Positions 37,318 to 50,863 of a stretch of DNA of 64,000 nt are shown piece by piece. The stretch lies in assembly GCF_006345805.1 (NCBI RefSeq), contig NC_043004.1, positions 72,788,001-72,852,000 of the forward strand, in the 5' to 3' direction. The notes under the pieces were generated by a model, which saw nothing but the letters and a program-made list of their open reading frames with translations, made no database searches and had not been told where the DNA came from. This DNA comes from Octopus sinensis (lineage: Eukaryota). Each line of letters starts with the position of its first letter. Position 1 is the stretch's first letter. Made by a program: the position numbers and the translations under genes.

Positions 37318-38697
37318 GTAAGATTCTTCAAATGTCTTAGCACTTTTTTTTTACAGTTACCATTGTTTACCATTTAACATTTTACCCTCATCTTTCATCT
37401 CTGTTTCCTTTCACTCTTGAAATTTGGACATTGTATTTTTTGCTTGTGTCATTGTTTTTTCATTCATCTTATTTTTAATTACTTTTTGCATTTATTCATC
37501 ATCATCATCATCATCTAATACCCTTTCTCCGCGCTGGCATGGGTTGGATGGTTAGACAGGAACTGGTGAGCTGTCCAGACTCTAGTGTCTGTTTTGGCAT
37601 GGTTTTCTACAACAGGATGCCTTTCCTAGTGCCCAACCACTTTACAGAGTGTACTGGGTGCTTTTAATGTGGCACCACTCTGCACCCGATGAGAACAATA
37701 TTGGTTTTTGAACAAGTAGGCCATAAAAAAAAATATAGAAAAATATATCAGGAGTGAACATGACTTGAATCTAATTCCAATCTGTTTCATGCTGCTATGC
37801 ATCATTATCATCTCAAGCCTACCAATTCTTGTGACTCTCTTTAATGAATTAAGTTGAGACAATAAGAGTGATGTCCCTTGGCTCCACTATCTGATATAGT
37901 GTCCTGTACAATACAGCACAAAATGTCAGAAATTGTCATTGAAAGAAAGAGATCCCATTCGGTCATGAATGACCATGGGATTGTACCTAGAAAATTAACC
38001 CCTGAGGCACAAGTCTGGGCAAGGTTATTTATGGGAAACCAACAGTTGCCCATTCATACCAGCATCACCTCTCCATGCCACTGATATTTGTTGTCGTTTA
38101 ACGTTCACATTCCATGCTGGCATGGGTTGGACGGTTTGACTGAGGACTGGCAAACCAGAAGGCTGCACCAGGCTCCAATCTGATCTGGCAGAGTTTCTAC
38201 AGCTGGATGCCCTTCCTAACACCAACCACTCCGAGAGTGTAGTGGGTGCTTTTACATGCCACCGGCACGAGGGCCAGTCAGTCGGTTCTGGCAACGTCCA
38301 CGCTCAAATGATGTTTTTACAGGCCATCTGCACAGGAGCCAGTCTGGTGGTACTGGCAACGACCACACTCAAATGTTATTTTTTCACATGCCACTGGCAC
38401 ATGTGCTGGTAAGGCAACGCTGGCAATAATCACGCTTGAATAGTGCTTTTTACGTGCCACCGGCACGGGGGCTAATCAATGGTCCCAACAATGATGAGTT
38501 TGATTCCCAGACTACACTGTATGTTGTATTCTTGCTCAAGAATACAACATACAGTGTGGTCTGGGAATCAAATTCACTACCTCATGTTTGTGAGCCTGAC
38601 ACTAACTTCTGTGCTATGGCACCTTAAATGACGATGATGATACTTGTTACTATCCTCATCATTTAACTGCTGTGGTTCTTAAGGGTGAACCTGTATA

Positions 38698-39217
38698 CTG
38701 TAAATCCTTGAGTATAATCCGCATTTTTTCCCCAAAATTTAAAGGTCAAAATCCCTAGTGCGTACTATATATGAGGTTAAAAATGAAATATTTTCTAAGC
38801 AATGCCCGAGTCTCCATTTGCTGATCGGCAATGTTTATTCAGACGCATTTTGTGATGTCGGGGGCGAAAATATCTTAAGCTAAGCCTGAAAGCAATGAAG
38901 TCATAAAAGAATCATCCATAACTTGCAGTAAGCAACATTTATTAAAATAAAAGTATTCAGAACATAGAATAACATGTAACAAAAACAATTTGCAAACATA
39001 TTTACATTCCCATATAACAGTTAAGGACATCCCCATTATTGTATTACGCAAGTGCGGAAGTGTTTGTTCGACTAGGTGTTGCTGGCTTAATTACGCACAA
39101 TTCAAGTTCGAGAAGGGCTGCGTATTATACACAAGGTTTAGGTTTTTCAGAGGTATAGCCCCCTAAAAATCCCGTACATATTATACTCAAGGGCAGACTA
39201 TACTCGAGGATTTATGG
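38698..39217. mobile_element. pogo/Tigger-like MITE (~520 bp)
   Basis: TA-CTGTAAATCCTTGAGTATAATCCGC ... GCAGACTATACTCGAGGATTTATGG-TA imperfect TIRs. Confidence 0.7.
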
Positions 39218-40920
39218 TATTCACAAATAAAGGATAATACAAATATTGGTTACAAATTTTGGTACAATGCCAACAATTTCAGAGAAGGAGCATAGGTGAT
39301 TACATTGATGCCCAAGTATTCAACTGGCATTTTGCCCTTCCTAATGTCAACCACTATACTCTTGGAGTGGTTAGCATTAGGAAGTGCATACAGTTGTAGA
39401 AACCTTGCTAGATGAGATTGGAGCCTGGTGCAGCCATCTGGCTCACCAGTCCTCAGTCTAACCGTCCAACCCATGCCAGAATGGAATGCAGACGTTAAAC
39501 AATGATGATGAATTTGAATGCAGAATGTAAAGAGTTGGCAGAAATGCCATCAAGCATTTTGTGCATTGTGCTAACAATCCTACCAGCTTGCTGCCTTCAA
39601 ATGACACAAATAGCAAGGGTGGATAAAATATGGAATCTGTTCTTCAAGTTTTGAATGATTTGATGACTGATACAAGAACAAGCATTACAAATAGTATTAA
39701 ACAGTTCTTGAGTAATGAAAGGAAATAAATTGATTTGTTTCTGGGAGAAGTAATGTCAGTGTTATATATACTACTGTGGAGGCGCAATGGCCCAGTGGTT
39801 AGGGCAGTGGACTCGTGGTTTTGATTCCCAGACCGGGCATTGTGAGTGTTTATTGAGCGAAAAACCTAAAGCTCCATGAGGCTCCAGCAGGGGCTGGTGG
39901 TGATCCCTGCTGTACTCTTTCGCCACAACTTTCTCTCAATCTTTTTTTCTGTTTCTGCTGTACCTGTATTTCAAAGGACCAGCCTTGTCACACTGTGTGT
40001 CACGCTGAATCTCCCCCGAAGATCTACGTTAAGGATACACGTGTCTGTGGAGTGCTCAGCCACTTGCACATTAATTTCACGAGCAGACTGTTCCGCTGAT
40101 CGGATCAACTGGAACCCTTGTTGTCGTAATTGACGGAGTGCCAACAATATACTACTAGTGTTGTTGTAGTGTTGCATGTATTTTACATCTAATTCACCTT
40201 TTAGCATTTAAACTGGTCATTTCTGGCCAATGTGTTCCACCTGTTTTATGTTCAAACTGGCCAGATCCAGCCTCTCAAACCTACCCTGCAGTGTCACTCT
40301 AAAAACAGACCACATTATATGTGACAGAGTGATATGAACACTAAAGGGTTAAGAATAGCTATGGTTGCTATCAGTTTACTGTCATGAATGGCTTACTCAC
40401 TTGTGTAAGACTTCTACATGTAAAGGACAGCTTTGACAACTATGCCTGTACTTTGAACTAATGCAGTACAACATGATTCTACTCCTAACCACTCAATTGT
40501 GAATTAGTTGTTAGACCTGCTTCCTGTTCAATTTAGCAAAATAGGTGCCTTGCTCAGAGGCACAGCTCAGTGGTAGAAGTAAGATCTGGACTTGTAACTT
40601 TGTGGTCAGTTGTCCATTACCTTAACATCAGAGATGTTGTGTGGATATAAAATGCAGAAAGCTATAGAATACATCACAGCTCAAACTCCTTTGGTCATAG
40701 GTCAGCTTAGTTCAGGTTGCTCATGAGCTAAAGGAGACTAGTATACTCTCCTTACTTTCTTTTCCTCCTGGGGTAACCAAGTATCTCCTCTATCACTCTA
40801 TTTTAACCTCTAGACCAGAACAAAGCCATCTCCCTCAGTGTCATTTGCTCTCCCAGTCTAGGGATTTTTCTGCTGCAAGTTTCTCAGTGACCCCACTGTT
40901 GCTGGTGCTAAAAAAGGAGC

Positions 40921-41240
40921 ACTCTGTCGGTTATGATGATGAGGGTCCCAGCTGATACGCTCAACGAAACAGCTTGCTCATGAAATTAACGTGCAAGTGA
41001 CTGAGTAATCCACAGACACATGTACCCCTAACATAGTTCCCAGGGAGATTCAGCATGACACAGAGTGTGACAAGGCTGGCCCTTTGAAATACAAGTACTA
41101 CTCATTTTTGCCAGCTGAGTGGACTGGAGCAACGTGAAATAAAATGTCTTGCTCAAGGACACAACACGTCGCCGGGAATTGAACTCACGACATTACAATT
41201 GTGAGCCAAATGCCCTAACCACTAAGCTACGTGCCTTCAC
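40921..41240 (-). mobile_element. SINE family B, older copy
   Basis: Homologous to 10091-10414, with many CpG transitions. Confidence 0.85.
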
Positions 41241-41847
41241 ATAAAAGTAGCTGGTGTTACATTAGAAGCACCCTGTACACACTGTTAAGTGGTTGGCATT
41301 AGGAAGGGCATCCAGCCATTGAAACTATGCCAAAGCAGACACTGGAGCCTGGTGCAGCTCTTGGCCTTACCTGCTCCTGTCAAACTGTCCAACCCATGCC
41401 AGCATGGAAAACACAGTAAATGAAAATGATGATGATGAAGTTTTTTTTTTTGCATTTGGCTTCAACCTTCTGTCTTCATTTTTGCTCTTTGATAAATTCA
41501 TCTTGTAACAGTTAAAGCAGCAATTTTTTTTTCTTTTTAATGTTTGGTGCTTAGTTTCATCTTCCCTTTGTAAAGAGTTTTGCTTTGTTTTTTTTTTCCT
41601 TTTTTTTTTAACCCCCTTTAAAATATTGGGTTAACTAAACAAACCGCTAGAAGCAATGAGCAAGCCAGACCTCTGTCAGTTTGTGTGTGAAACAAGGAGG
41701 CTGCCTGCATTCTCTGTCTGTCTGTCTCTCTCCCTCTCTGTTCTTTTGCTATTTTACTTATGTCAGTTCTTTACTCCTTGTCTTTCTGTTCAACTAAATA
41801 AATAAATAAAATCTCATTGTTTTGTTGTTGTGTTTCTATGGTTACAG

Positions 41848-41942
41848 CTCAACTCACAGATCCGGACATCTATGAAGAAATTCTCCAGTGATGTTGCCCA
41901 GTTGAAACCAATGCTTATACAACACTCAGCCTCGCACAGACT
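41848..41942 (+). CDS. STX8: Syntaxin-8 coding exon 3 (95 nt)
   Basis: TTACAG|CTC..AGA CT|GTATCCTTT; LNSQIRTSMKKFSSDVAQLKPMLIQHSASHR. Confidence 0.9.
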
Positions 41943-43382
41943 GTATCCTTTACATGTTTTCTTTCATTCATTCATTCAATTTCCTTCTTTTTATTTTCTG
42001 CACTCTTTATTCCTTTCTTTCTTTCATAATTTTTTTTTTTATTACAATTCTTTCTTTCTTATTCTTACTCTTTCCTTTATTTCTTTGCTCATTCCTTCCC
42101 TTCTTTTGTCCTTCCTTGCTCATACCACTGTCGCTGCCGTTGCCGCCGCCACCACCACCAGCATGAATAGTTGTTTGCTTTCCTAACCAATTTGGATATT
42201 TAGAGTAAGCCCTTCCACCCTACCCCAACTCACCCCTCGCCCCACATCCCAGTCTTTTAAATGCGTGTGCATAATGTATGCACACAACACACGCACACAC
42301 ACACAAATTTATATGTCTGTGTATGTGTGGTCATGCAAATAGCTAAATAACATAAATATCACACACACACACAAACGCACATCCTCATCATCATCACCTT
42401 CATCATTTAATGCGTGGTTTCCGTGTTGGCATGGATTGGATGGTTTGGCAGAATCTGGCAAGTCCAAACCAGACAACTGCATCATGTTCCAGTATATTCT
42501 TTGGCACAGTTTCTATGGCCGGATGACCTTCCTTATGCCATATATAGATCTTTTGTCCTTTACTTGTTTCTGTAATTAGATTGTGTCCATACTGGGGCAC
42601 CACCTTAAAGAATTTTAAACAAACAGATTGACTCCAGTACTTAATTTTCTTCCTAAGCCTGGTACTTATTCTATCAGTCTTTTTTGCTGAACTGCTAAGT
42701 TACAGGGATGTAAACACATCAACACTGGTTGTCAAGTGGTGGTGGGAGACAAATACTGACACAAAGAGACACACACACACACATCATCATCATCATCGTT
42801 ATCGTTTAACGTCCACTTTCCATGCTAGCATGGGTTTCACGATTTGCACCAGGCTCCAATCTGATCTGGCAGAGTTTCTACCGCTGGATGCCCTTCCTAA
42901 CGCCAACCACTCCGAGAGTGTAGTGGCTACTTTTACGTGCCACCGGCATGAGGGCCAGTCTGGCAGTACTGGCAACGGCCAAGCTCAAATGGTGTTTTTT
43001 ACGTGCCACCTACACAGGAGTCAGTCTAGCGGCACTGGCAACGACCTCGCTCGAATGTTGTTTTTCACGTGCCACTGGCACAAGTGCTGGTAAGGTGACA
43101 CTGGTAACACATTGCCAGTAAATCATAAATCCAAAAGCGAAGCACACTCTAAGTTATAGAGCAGTGGAGTATTTAAAGAATGTTAGTTATGGCTGGTTTA
43201 TAGGGTTACCTAAAGTTTCATGTCCATAAAGCGCTTAGCTTTATACATGTGACATCAGGCCCAACCACATCGTTCTGGGTTCAGTTCCACTGCATGGTAC
43301 CTTGGGCAAGTGTCTTCTACTATAGCCTCGGGGCTGACCAAAGCCTTGTGACTGGATTTGGTAGACGGAAACTGAAAGAAGC

Positions 43383-43428
<46 letters not shown>

Positions 43429-43841
43429 TACTTGGAAATGGGTGTGTGGTGTTTTCATTCAGTTTCCATCTACCAAATCCATTCACGAGGCTTTGGTTAG
43501 CCCAAGCTTACAATAGAAAACAATTACCCAAGGTGCTACCATTTGAGCCTGAACTCAGAACCATGTGGTTTGGGAAACAAGCTTCTTACCACACAGCCGC
43601 AACTTCAAGGCCAACTGGTTGAAAGTGATTTGTAGATTGATATATAAACTTAGGAACAAAGTGCTCAAATCAAAGCTACATGCACACATATGCTGTTTCT
43701 GCAAATCTGGATGTGAGAAAAGATATCACCTGATCTAAGAGGTTCAACTATTATTAAATGTCTTCGACAAGGGAGACAAATCAGACTGTGACAACTAAGG
43801 TGGAATCGTGTTTTTGTCATCAGCCGGAAAAACTTTAACTA

Positions 43842-44404
43842 TTGGGTTGTCCGGAAAGTTCTTACCGATTTGTAAAGGAAAGAAAAAGGTCAATAAATAC
43901 TTGCCATGACATTTTTAATCGACCAAATATGAACCATTTTGTTGCAGAATGTGTCTCCATCTTTCCTTTAACTTGGAAATACCCTCTTCCCAGAACTGAG
44001 GTGGTTTCATGGCATAGAATTCATCAAGGTATCTTTTTATGTCATCCAAGGAATTGAAATTTTTACCATTAAGACTATTCTGCAGAGACCTGAATAAGTG
44101 GAAATCCGAAGGAGCAATATCTGGTGAATATGAGGTGTGGGGTAACACACCCCAGCCGAGCTGCAGCAATTTTTGTCTGGTTCCCAAAGCATCAAGTGCC
44201 GAAAAAGAAATTTCTTATCTCCCATTTTAAAGGGTTACAGAATTAACACAGGTTATAGGAACATAAACCTTCCACGAAAAGATAGCTTAAACTGCGCTCT
44301 AAATGGCGGTGTAGTCAAATCCTATTTTATGGCCTCAACCATGTTCTAAAATAAGTCGAAAGATAAGCTACTATAAATTGGCACAAACTTTCCAGACAAC
44401 CCAA
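43842..44404 (-). mobile_element. Internally deleted mariner (563 bp)
   Basis: TA-TTGGGTTGTCCGGAAAGTT / AACTTTCCAGACAACCCAA-TA TIRs; C-terminal PHTSYSPDIAPSDFHLFRSLQNSL..RW. Confidence 0.9.
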
Positions 44405-44993
44405 TAGATTCCTGCTGGTCAACCAACTTGTCTCGCTGTTGGACACTCATCTATCCAAATCTTAGTTTGCTTTTCGACTTTCCAGCTGCACTAGATATTA
44501 ATGAAACATACTGTTAAGAATACTCCTGATACATCGGGCGATATGTTATGCGTAAGAAGGCCTGTTGAGTCAAGTAAAACCAATATCATAGCTGTGGCCA
44601 GTGCCCCCTGACTGGCTTCCATGCCGGTGGCATGTAAAAAGCACCCACTACACTCTTGGAGGGGTTGGCATTAGGAAGGGCATCTAGCTGTAGAAGCTTT
44701 GCCAGATCTGATTGGAGCCTGGTGCAGCTGCTGGCTTTCCAGACCTCAGTCAAACTGTCCAACCCATGCCAGCATGGAATGCGGACGTTAAACGATGATG
44801 ATGATGATGACTGTATCTGTTGAAGTAATAGAAATGACAGTGATACCGGAGAGAGGGAGAGTTGAAGAGAAGAGGCAACGAGGCATTGAATTAGGAATGT
44901 AGAGAAGTGGTTCTCAACCACTTTTTACCTTCGGAATCCTTTGATGGATGCTCATAGCCATTCAACGTTTATATAAAAAAAAAAACTATTTTA

Positions 44994-45396
44994 TAGGCGT
45001 AGGAGTGGCTGTGTCGTAAGTAGCTTGAACCACATGGTTCAAGGTTCAGTCCCACTGCGTGGCACCTTGGGCAAGTGTCTTCTACTATAACCTTGGACTG
45101 ACCAAAGCCTTGTGAGTGGATTTGGTAGACAGAAACTGAAAGAAGCCTGCCGTATATATGTGTGTATATATATATATATATGTGTGTGTTTGTGAGTCTG
45201 TGTTTGTCTCCCCAACATCACTTGACAACCGATGCTGGTGTGTTTACATCCCCATAAGTTAGCTGTTCGGCAAAAGAGACCAATAGAATAAGTACTAGGC
45301 TTACAAAGAATAAGTCTTGGGGTTGATTTGCTCAATTAAAGGCTGTGCTCCAGCATAGCCACAGTCAATTGACTGAAACAAGTAAAAGGGTAAAAG
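44994..45396 (+). mobile_element. SINE family A
   Basis: Head and tail as in other copies. Confidence 0.85.
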
Positions 45397-46248
45397 AATT
45401 TATATTTATAATTGAATATTAGTTTCAAATTTTGGCACTAGGTCAGCAATTTTGTAGGAGGGGGTTAAATTGAATACATTAACCCTAGTATTCAATTGAT
45501 ATGTATTTTATTGACCCTGAAGGGATGTAAGGCAAAGTTGACCCCCCACAGAATTTGAGCTCAGAATATAAGGATGGATGGAATGCCTCTAATTATTTTC
45601 CCCCAGCCTGCTAATGATTCTGCAAGCTCACTGCCTTTTGGTTGGTGTTCAGAAGGGCATCTAGCTGTAAAAACCTTACCAAAACTGACCTCACCTGTGC
45701 TTGTGCCACGTAAAAAGCACTACTCATCTCACCTGTGCATGTGCCACATAAAAAGCATTAAGTCCATGCTGCTGAATGGTTGGTGTAGGAAAGGGCATCT
45801 AGCTGTAAAAACCTTGCCAAAACTGACCTCACTTGTGCTTGTGCCATGTGAAAGGCACTACTCACCTCACATAAAAAGCATTAAGTTCACTTTGCTAAGT
45901 ATTTGGGCTTAGGAAGGACATCTAGCTGTAAAAATCCTGCCAAAACAGTCACAGAAGTCTGGTACAGGCTTTTGTGGTACCATCCCACCCATGCTAGCAT
46001 GGAACACGGACATTAAATGATGATGATGATGATAAAATTGTATAAAATGTAGTTGAAGTATTTTGTGTTGTAGAAATATAACCAATTTATTGCGCATAAA
46101 CTTTAACCACAAAATCTTATATAGAGCCTGGTTGAGAATAAGTAGTGTAGAGTAAGAAATCGAGTGAAGATGTAAAACAAGAAGAGTTAAGATATGTTGG
46201 TTCTTCTCCAATAGGCTGGATGATTTTGGTTCTGTAGATTTTTATCTC

Positions 46249-46553
46249 GGAGGCACATGGCCTAGTTGTTAGAGCAGCAGACTCACGGTCAAGGGATTGT
46301 GGGTTCGAATCTCAGACCGGGCGATGTGCGTTTATGAGTGAAACACCTAAGCTCCACGTCGGCTCTGGCAGAAGGTAATGGCAAACTTCTGCTGACTCTT
46401 TCGCCACAATTTTCTCTCACTCTTTCCTCCTGCATCTTGCAGCTCACCTGCAACGGACTGGTGTCCCGTCCATGTGGGGAACCTATACGCCAAGGAAACC
46501 GGGAAACCAGCCCTTATGAGCCAGGCATGGCTCAAGAAGGAACAAACAAAAAC
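46249..46553 (+). mobile_element. tRNA-derived SINE (family D) with 13-bp TSD
   Basis: Head GGAGGCACATGGCCTAGTTGTTAG..GGTTCGAATCT; TSD AGATTTTTATCTC at 46236-46248 and 46554-46566; related heads near 21927-22048 and 39776-39900. Confidence 0.85.
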
Positions 46554-46572
46554 AGATTTTTATCTCATAAGC

Positions 46573-47207
46573 CTTTGATATGAATTTTTGCCTCAGAAAT
46601 CTTTGATCTGGTTAGAATCTTGCTTTTGGAGTGACTCAAGTATGATGGTCACAGATGTTTTATTTTATGTTTGTGCCCTAGTCAAACCGTTCAGCTCATA
46701 CCAGCATGGACAACAGATGCTAAATGATGATGTATAATGATGGTAATAGTATATGGATCCTAGTAAATCCTAATCCCCCTAAATTTAAGGATCATACACA
46801 TTTATCCATGACTCTCCTGTCTTTTGCTGAAATATATTATACGTAAATCTAGATCATTTGATGTATCTTCCTCTTTACCAAAGACAATCCTGATAATCCT
46901 AAAATGAACAACTGAAGATCAAATACTAGTCACTTGATTTAATATTCAGGGCCTCATATCTTAGAGTGCTGTAAAGCCATCAAGAGGAAGGCCCCAAAAT
47001 GGTACACATTCTCTCCTATTACCATCATTATACATCATCATGATCGTCATCATCATTTAGCATCTGTTGTCCATGCTGGTATGAGTTGAACGGTTTGACT
47101 AGGGCACAAACATAAAATAAAACATCTGTGACCATCATACTTGAGTCACTCCAAAAGCAAGATTCTAACCAGATCAAAGATTTCTGAGGCAAAAATTCAT
47201 ATCAAAG
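46573..47207. repeat. Inverted duplication (arms 46573-46749 and 47016-47207, spacer 266 bp)
   Basis: Arms are reverse complements with one substitution and a ~12-nt difference in the ATC repeat. Confidence 0.9.
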
Positions 47208-48986
47208 TATCTGAGCTTTTGATTGGTGGTACTTACACAAACAAGCACTTTGCAAGACTCCATAAACACCATTCAAATTGAAAATTTCAAAGTTGCTACA
47301 AGTACTATTTTTTACATTCTCTAATAATCTCTTATGATAACCTCATGTATGTCATCTTTGTTAACATTACATCCCCAAAACTAAACTTTATTTTTCAGGC
47401 CAGATAGAAGGCAGTGAGCTGGTAGAATCATTTGTATACCAGGCAAAATGTTTAGCAGCATTTTATCGGTTTTTACATTCTGGGCTCAAATTCTGCCAAG
47501 GTTGACTTTGCCTTTCATCCTTTCAGGCTCACTCCTCCTCTGAAACTACTGGCCTTGTGCCAACATTTGAAACCATATTTAAGATCAAAAAATACTTCAG
47601 TTCCGATCAGTTGCTAACCTTTTAAAGAAGTTTATGTATAATCATCCAAATCATTGCAAAAAAAGGTACCCTCACAGAAACTTTGTTGGATGTCTGCAAC
47701 AAGACAGTAAGGGCCAGCCAATTATATCAATGAAAGATGACATCATTTCCATCACCAAAAGTCTAGTTTTGGGGATACAGTGGGGACATAGTGTTAACAA
47801 AAATGACATATATGAGGTTATCATAAGAAATTGTTAGAGAATTTAAAAAATAGTATTTGTAGCAAATTTGAAATTGCTTGTTGGGTGCTTTTTATGTTGT
47901 ACCTGTGCTTTTAACATGGCACCAGCACAAGTGCATTTTATGTAGCACCAGCTCTGGTATCAATTCTGCTATGGCAGATGGGTCCTCTTCTTTGTTTTGT
48001 TAGATGCTGGCATGTTTTGAGATATGTAAGCGTTAATATCCTTTCCTGAGTTTGTTTGTTATTCAGGCGCTGAAATACTGGAAATATTTCATTTCCTTTT
48101 GTGTGTGTCCTTCTGATATAATGAAGTCTATTGAAGGCTGATTAAGCCTTTACTAAGCCATATGAGTAGCTGAACGTTCTTCAAATGGAGCCAATAACAA
48201 TACTGTATCATCTGCAAAAATCTACAATTGTTATTTGTTATTTTTTGAACTAAATGACTTGAGTCATTCCTTTTGGTGAATTTGATTGATTGATCAGCTG
48301 TGACAATTCTTGTAGCATAAAGTAGCAGAGTGTGTCCTTGAAACACTCCTGCAAGAATTTCAAAAGAATCCATGTTCCTGAAAGTTTCCTATGGGCCACA
48401 ATGTTCAATTTACAACCCCCAAATGTTAGTATTGCTTCCAGATTCCGATCTTCCATTCTTTCTAACAATTTTCATAAAGGAAGTATCTAAGTGTAGTAAA
48501 TGAATGTTCTGATCAGAATCCATTCTGGTTGTTTCTGAGAATTGGTTATAATCAACGCCTGATTCTTTGTAGTAACATATTGTTGTAAATTTTCACAAAG
48601 GTTACTAATACAGTTATACCGTATTAATTACCCAGTGGTGAACTTATTACCACCACTTCTGCTACTTCTGCAGTAATGACAAAGCATCTAACAACCTGCT
48701 ATTTAGTTATAGGCTTGAAATATTGTGTTATGATTTCCGAAACAAGGGAGGCAATCATTAAGACGTAGTTATTTCCCTTGGCCCATAAACCGTCAAAGTT
48801 GCTCGAATGGTTGTGACTTTATAGCCGCGCCACTCAAGGTTTACCAGTTACATTCTACAATTACATGGGAATTTACATGTTTCTAATAGCAAAGAAGGAA
48901 TCCCTTTTAATTACTGGAGATATCGCGGCTACTATTGAATTTATGATTTCTAATATGGGTACAAAGCCTCCCAGTTTTGAAGGAGG

Positions 48987-49310
48987 GTGAGGGCGCGTAG
49001 CTTAGTGGTTAGGGCATTCGGCTCATGATCGTAAGGTTGTGAGTTCGATTCCCGGCGACGCGTTGTGTCCTTGAGCAAGACACTTTATTTCACGTTGCTC
49101 CAGTCCACTCAGCTGGCAAAAATGAGTTGTACTTGTATTTCAAAGGGTCAGCCTTGTCACTCTCTGTGTCACGCTGATTATCCCCGAGAACTACGTTAAG
49201 GGTACACGTGTCTGTGGAATGCTCAGCCATTTGCACGTTAATTTCACGAGCAAGCTGTTCCGTTGATCGTATCAGCTGGGACCCTCGTCGTCGTAACCGG
49301 CGGAGTCTTT
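48987..49310 (+). mobile_element. Young SINE family B, nested in an older SINE
   Basis: 324 bp, 2 differences from 10091-10414 by eye. Confidence 0.9.
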
Positions 49311-49627
49311 TTTTAACTACATGATTGGTGCTATATTTTATTGACGACCTTTGAAAGGATGAAATATAAAATCGATATCATTGAAATATTAAAAGGAAAA
49401 AATTATTTTATAATAATTGTTGTAGAAAAAAAAAAGAAATTGTATAATGTTATGTTCACTATCTTAGACATGGCTGTGTGGTTAAGAAGCCCGCTTAGCA
49501 ACCATGCTGTTTTATGTTTAGTCCCTTAAGCAAGTGTCTTCTACTATAACTCGAGACAACTAATGCCTTTTGAGTAAATTAGGTAGATGGAAAGTGTGTA
49601 GAAGCCTGACATGTAAAGGGTAAAAAC

Positions 49628-49960
49628 CGACTTCAGTGGTGAATGACCATGGGATTGCACCTAGAAAGTTACCCTTTGAGGCATAAGTCCAGGCAAGGTT
49701 GTTAATGGAAGACCAGCAGTTGCACATGTATACCAGCCTCCCTTCTGCATACCATCGATGTTATCCAAGGGAAAAGCAAAGGGGCCGATACAGCTTGGCA
49801 CCAGTGTCGTCGCAACTCATTTCTACAGCTGAGTGAACTGGAGCAACGTGAAATAAAGTGTCTTGTTCAAGAATGCAACACACAACCGGGTCTGGGAATC
49901 GAACCCACTACCATATGATTGTGAGCCAGATGCTTTAACCACTGAGCCATGCGCCTTCAC
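49628..49960 (-). mobile_element. SINE family C
   Basis: Homologous to 21380-21713. Confidence 0.8.
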
Positions 49961-49972
49961 ACACACACACAC

Positions 49973-50031
<59 letters not shown>

Positions 50032-50045
50032 ATATATGTATACAT

Positions 50046-50093
<48 letters not shown>

Positions 50094-50435
50094 ATATATA
50101 TATGTGTATACATATATATATCATCATCATCATCATCATCGTTTGATGATGATGATGATGATATATATATGTATAAGTATATTTGTGTATGCTTATGTTT
50201 GCCACCCCTACTATTTGCTTGACTACTGGTGTTGGTTTACTTACATCCCCTTAATTTTGCTGTTCAGCAAAAGTGACTGATAGAATAAATATCAGACTTT
50301 AAAAAAATACTATTGTGGTTGATTTGTTCAATTAAATCCTTCAAGGTGGTGCCCCAGCATGGCCACAGTCAAAAACAAGTAAAGGATAAAACAATTTTTG
50401 CAGAAAACAAAATAATTGTAGAATGCTTGACTAAA

Positions 50436-50602
50436 TAGGCGCAGGAGTGGCTGTGTGGTAAGTAGCTTGCTTACGAACCACATGGTTTCGGGTTCAGTCC
50501 CACTGTGTGGCACCTTGGGCAAGTGTCTTCTACTATAGTCTCAGGCCGACCAATGCCTTGTGAGTGGATTTCGTAGACGGAAACTGAAAGAAGCCCATCA
50601 TG

Positions 50603-50684
<82 letters not shown>

Positions 50685-50863
50685 ATAGACATCCGATGCT
50701 GGTGTGTTTACATCTCTGTAACTTAGCGGTTTGGCAAAAGAGACTGATAGAATAAGTACTAGGCTTACAAAGAATAAGTCCTGGGGTCGATTTGCTCGAC
50801 TAAAGGCAGTGCTCCAGCATGGCCACAGGCACATGACTGAAACAAGTAAAAGAGTAAAGAGTA
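50436..50863 (+). mobile_element. SINE family A, full length
   Basis: TAGGCGCAGGAGTGGCTGTGTGG head to AAAAGAGTAAAGAG tail. Confidence 0.85.

Noticed and set aside
48987-49060. tRNA gene calls at SINE heads
   Set aside because: A/B-box-like heads run straight into repeated SINE bodies and do not complete a cloverleaf acceptor stem
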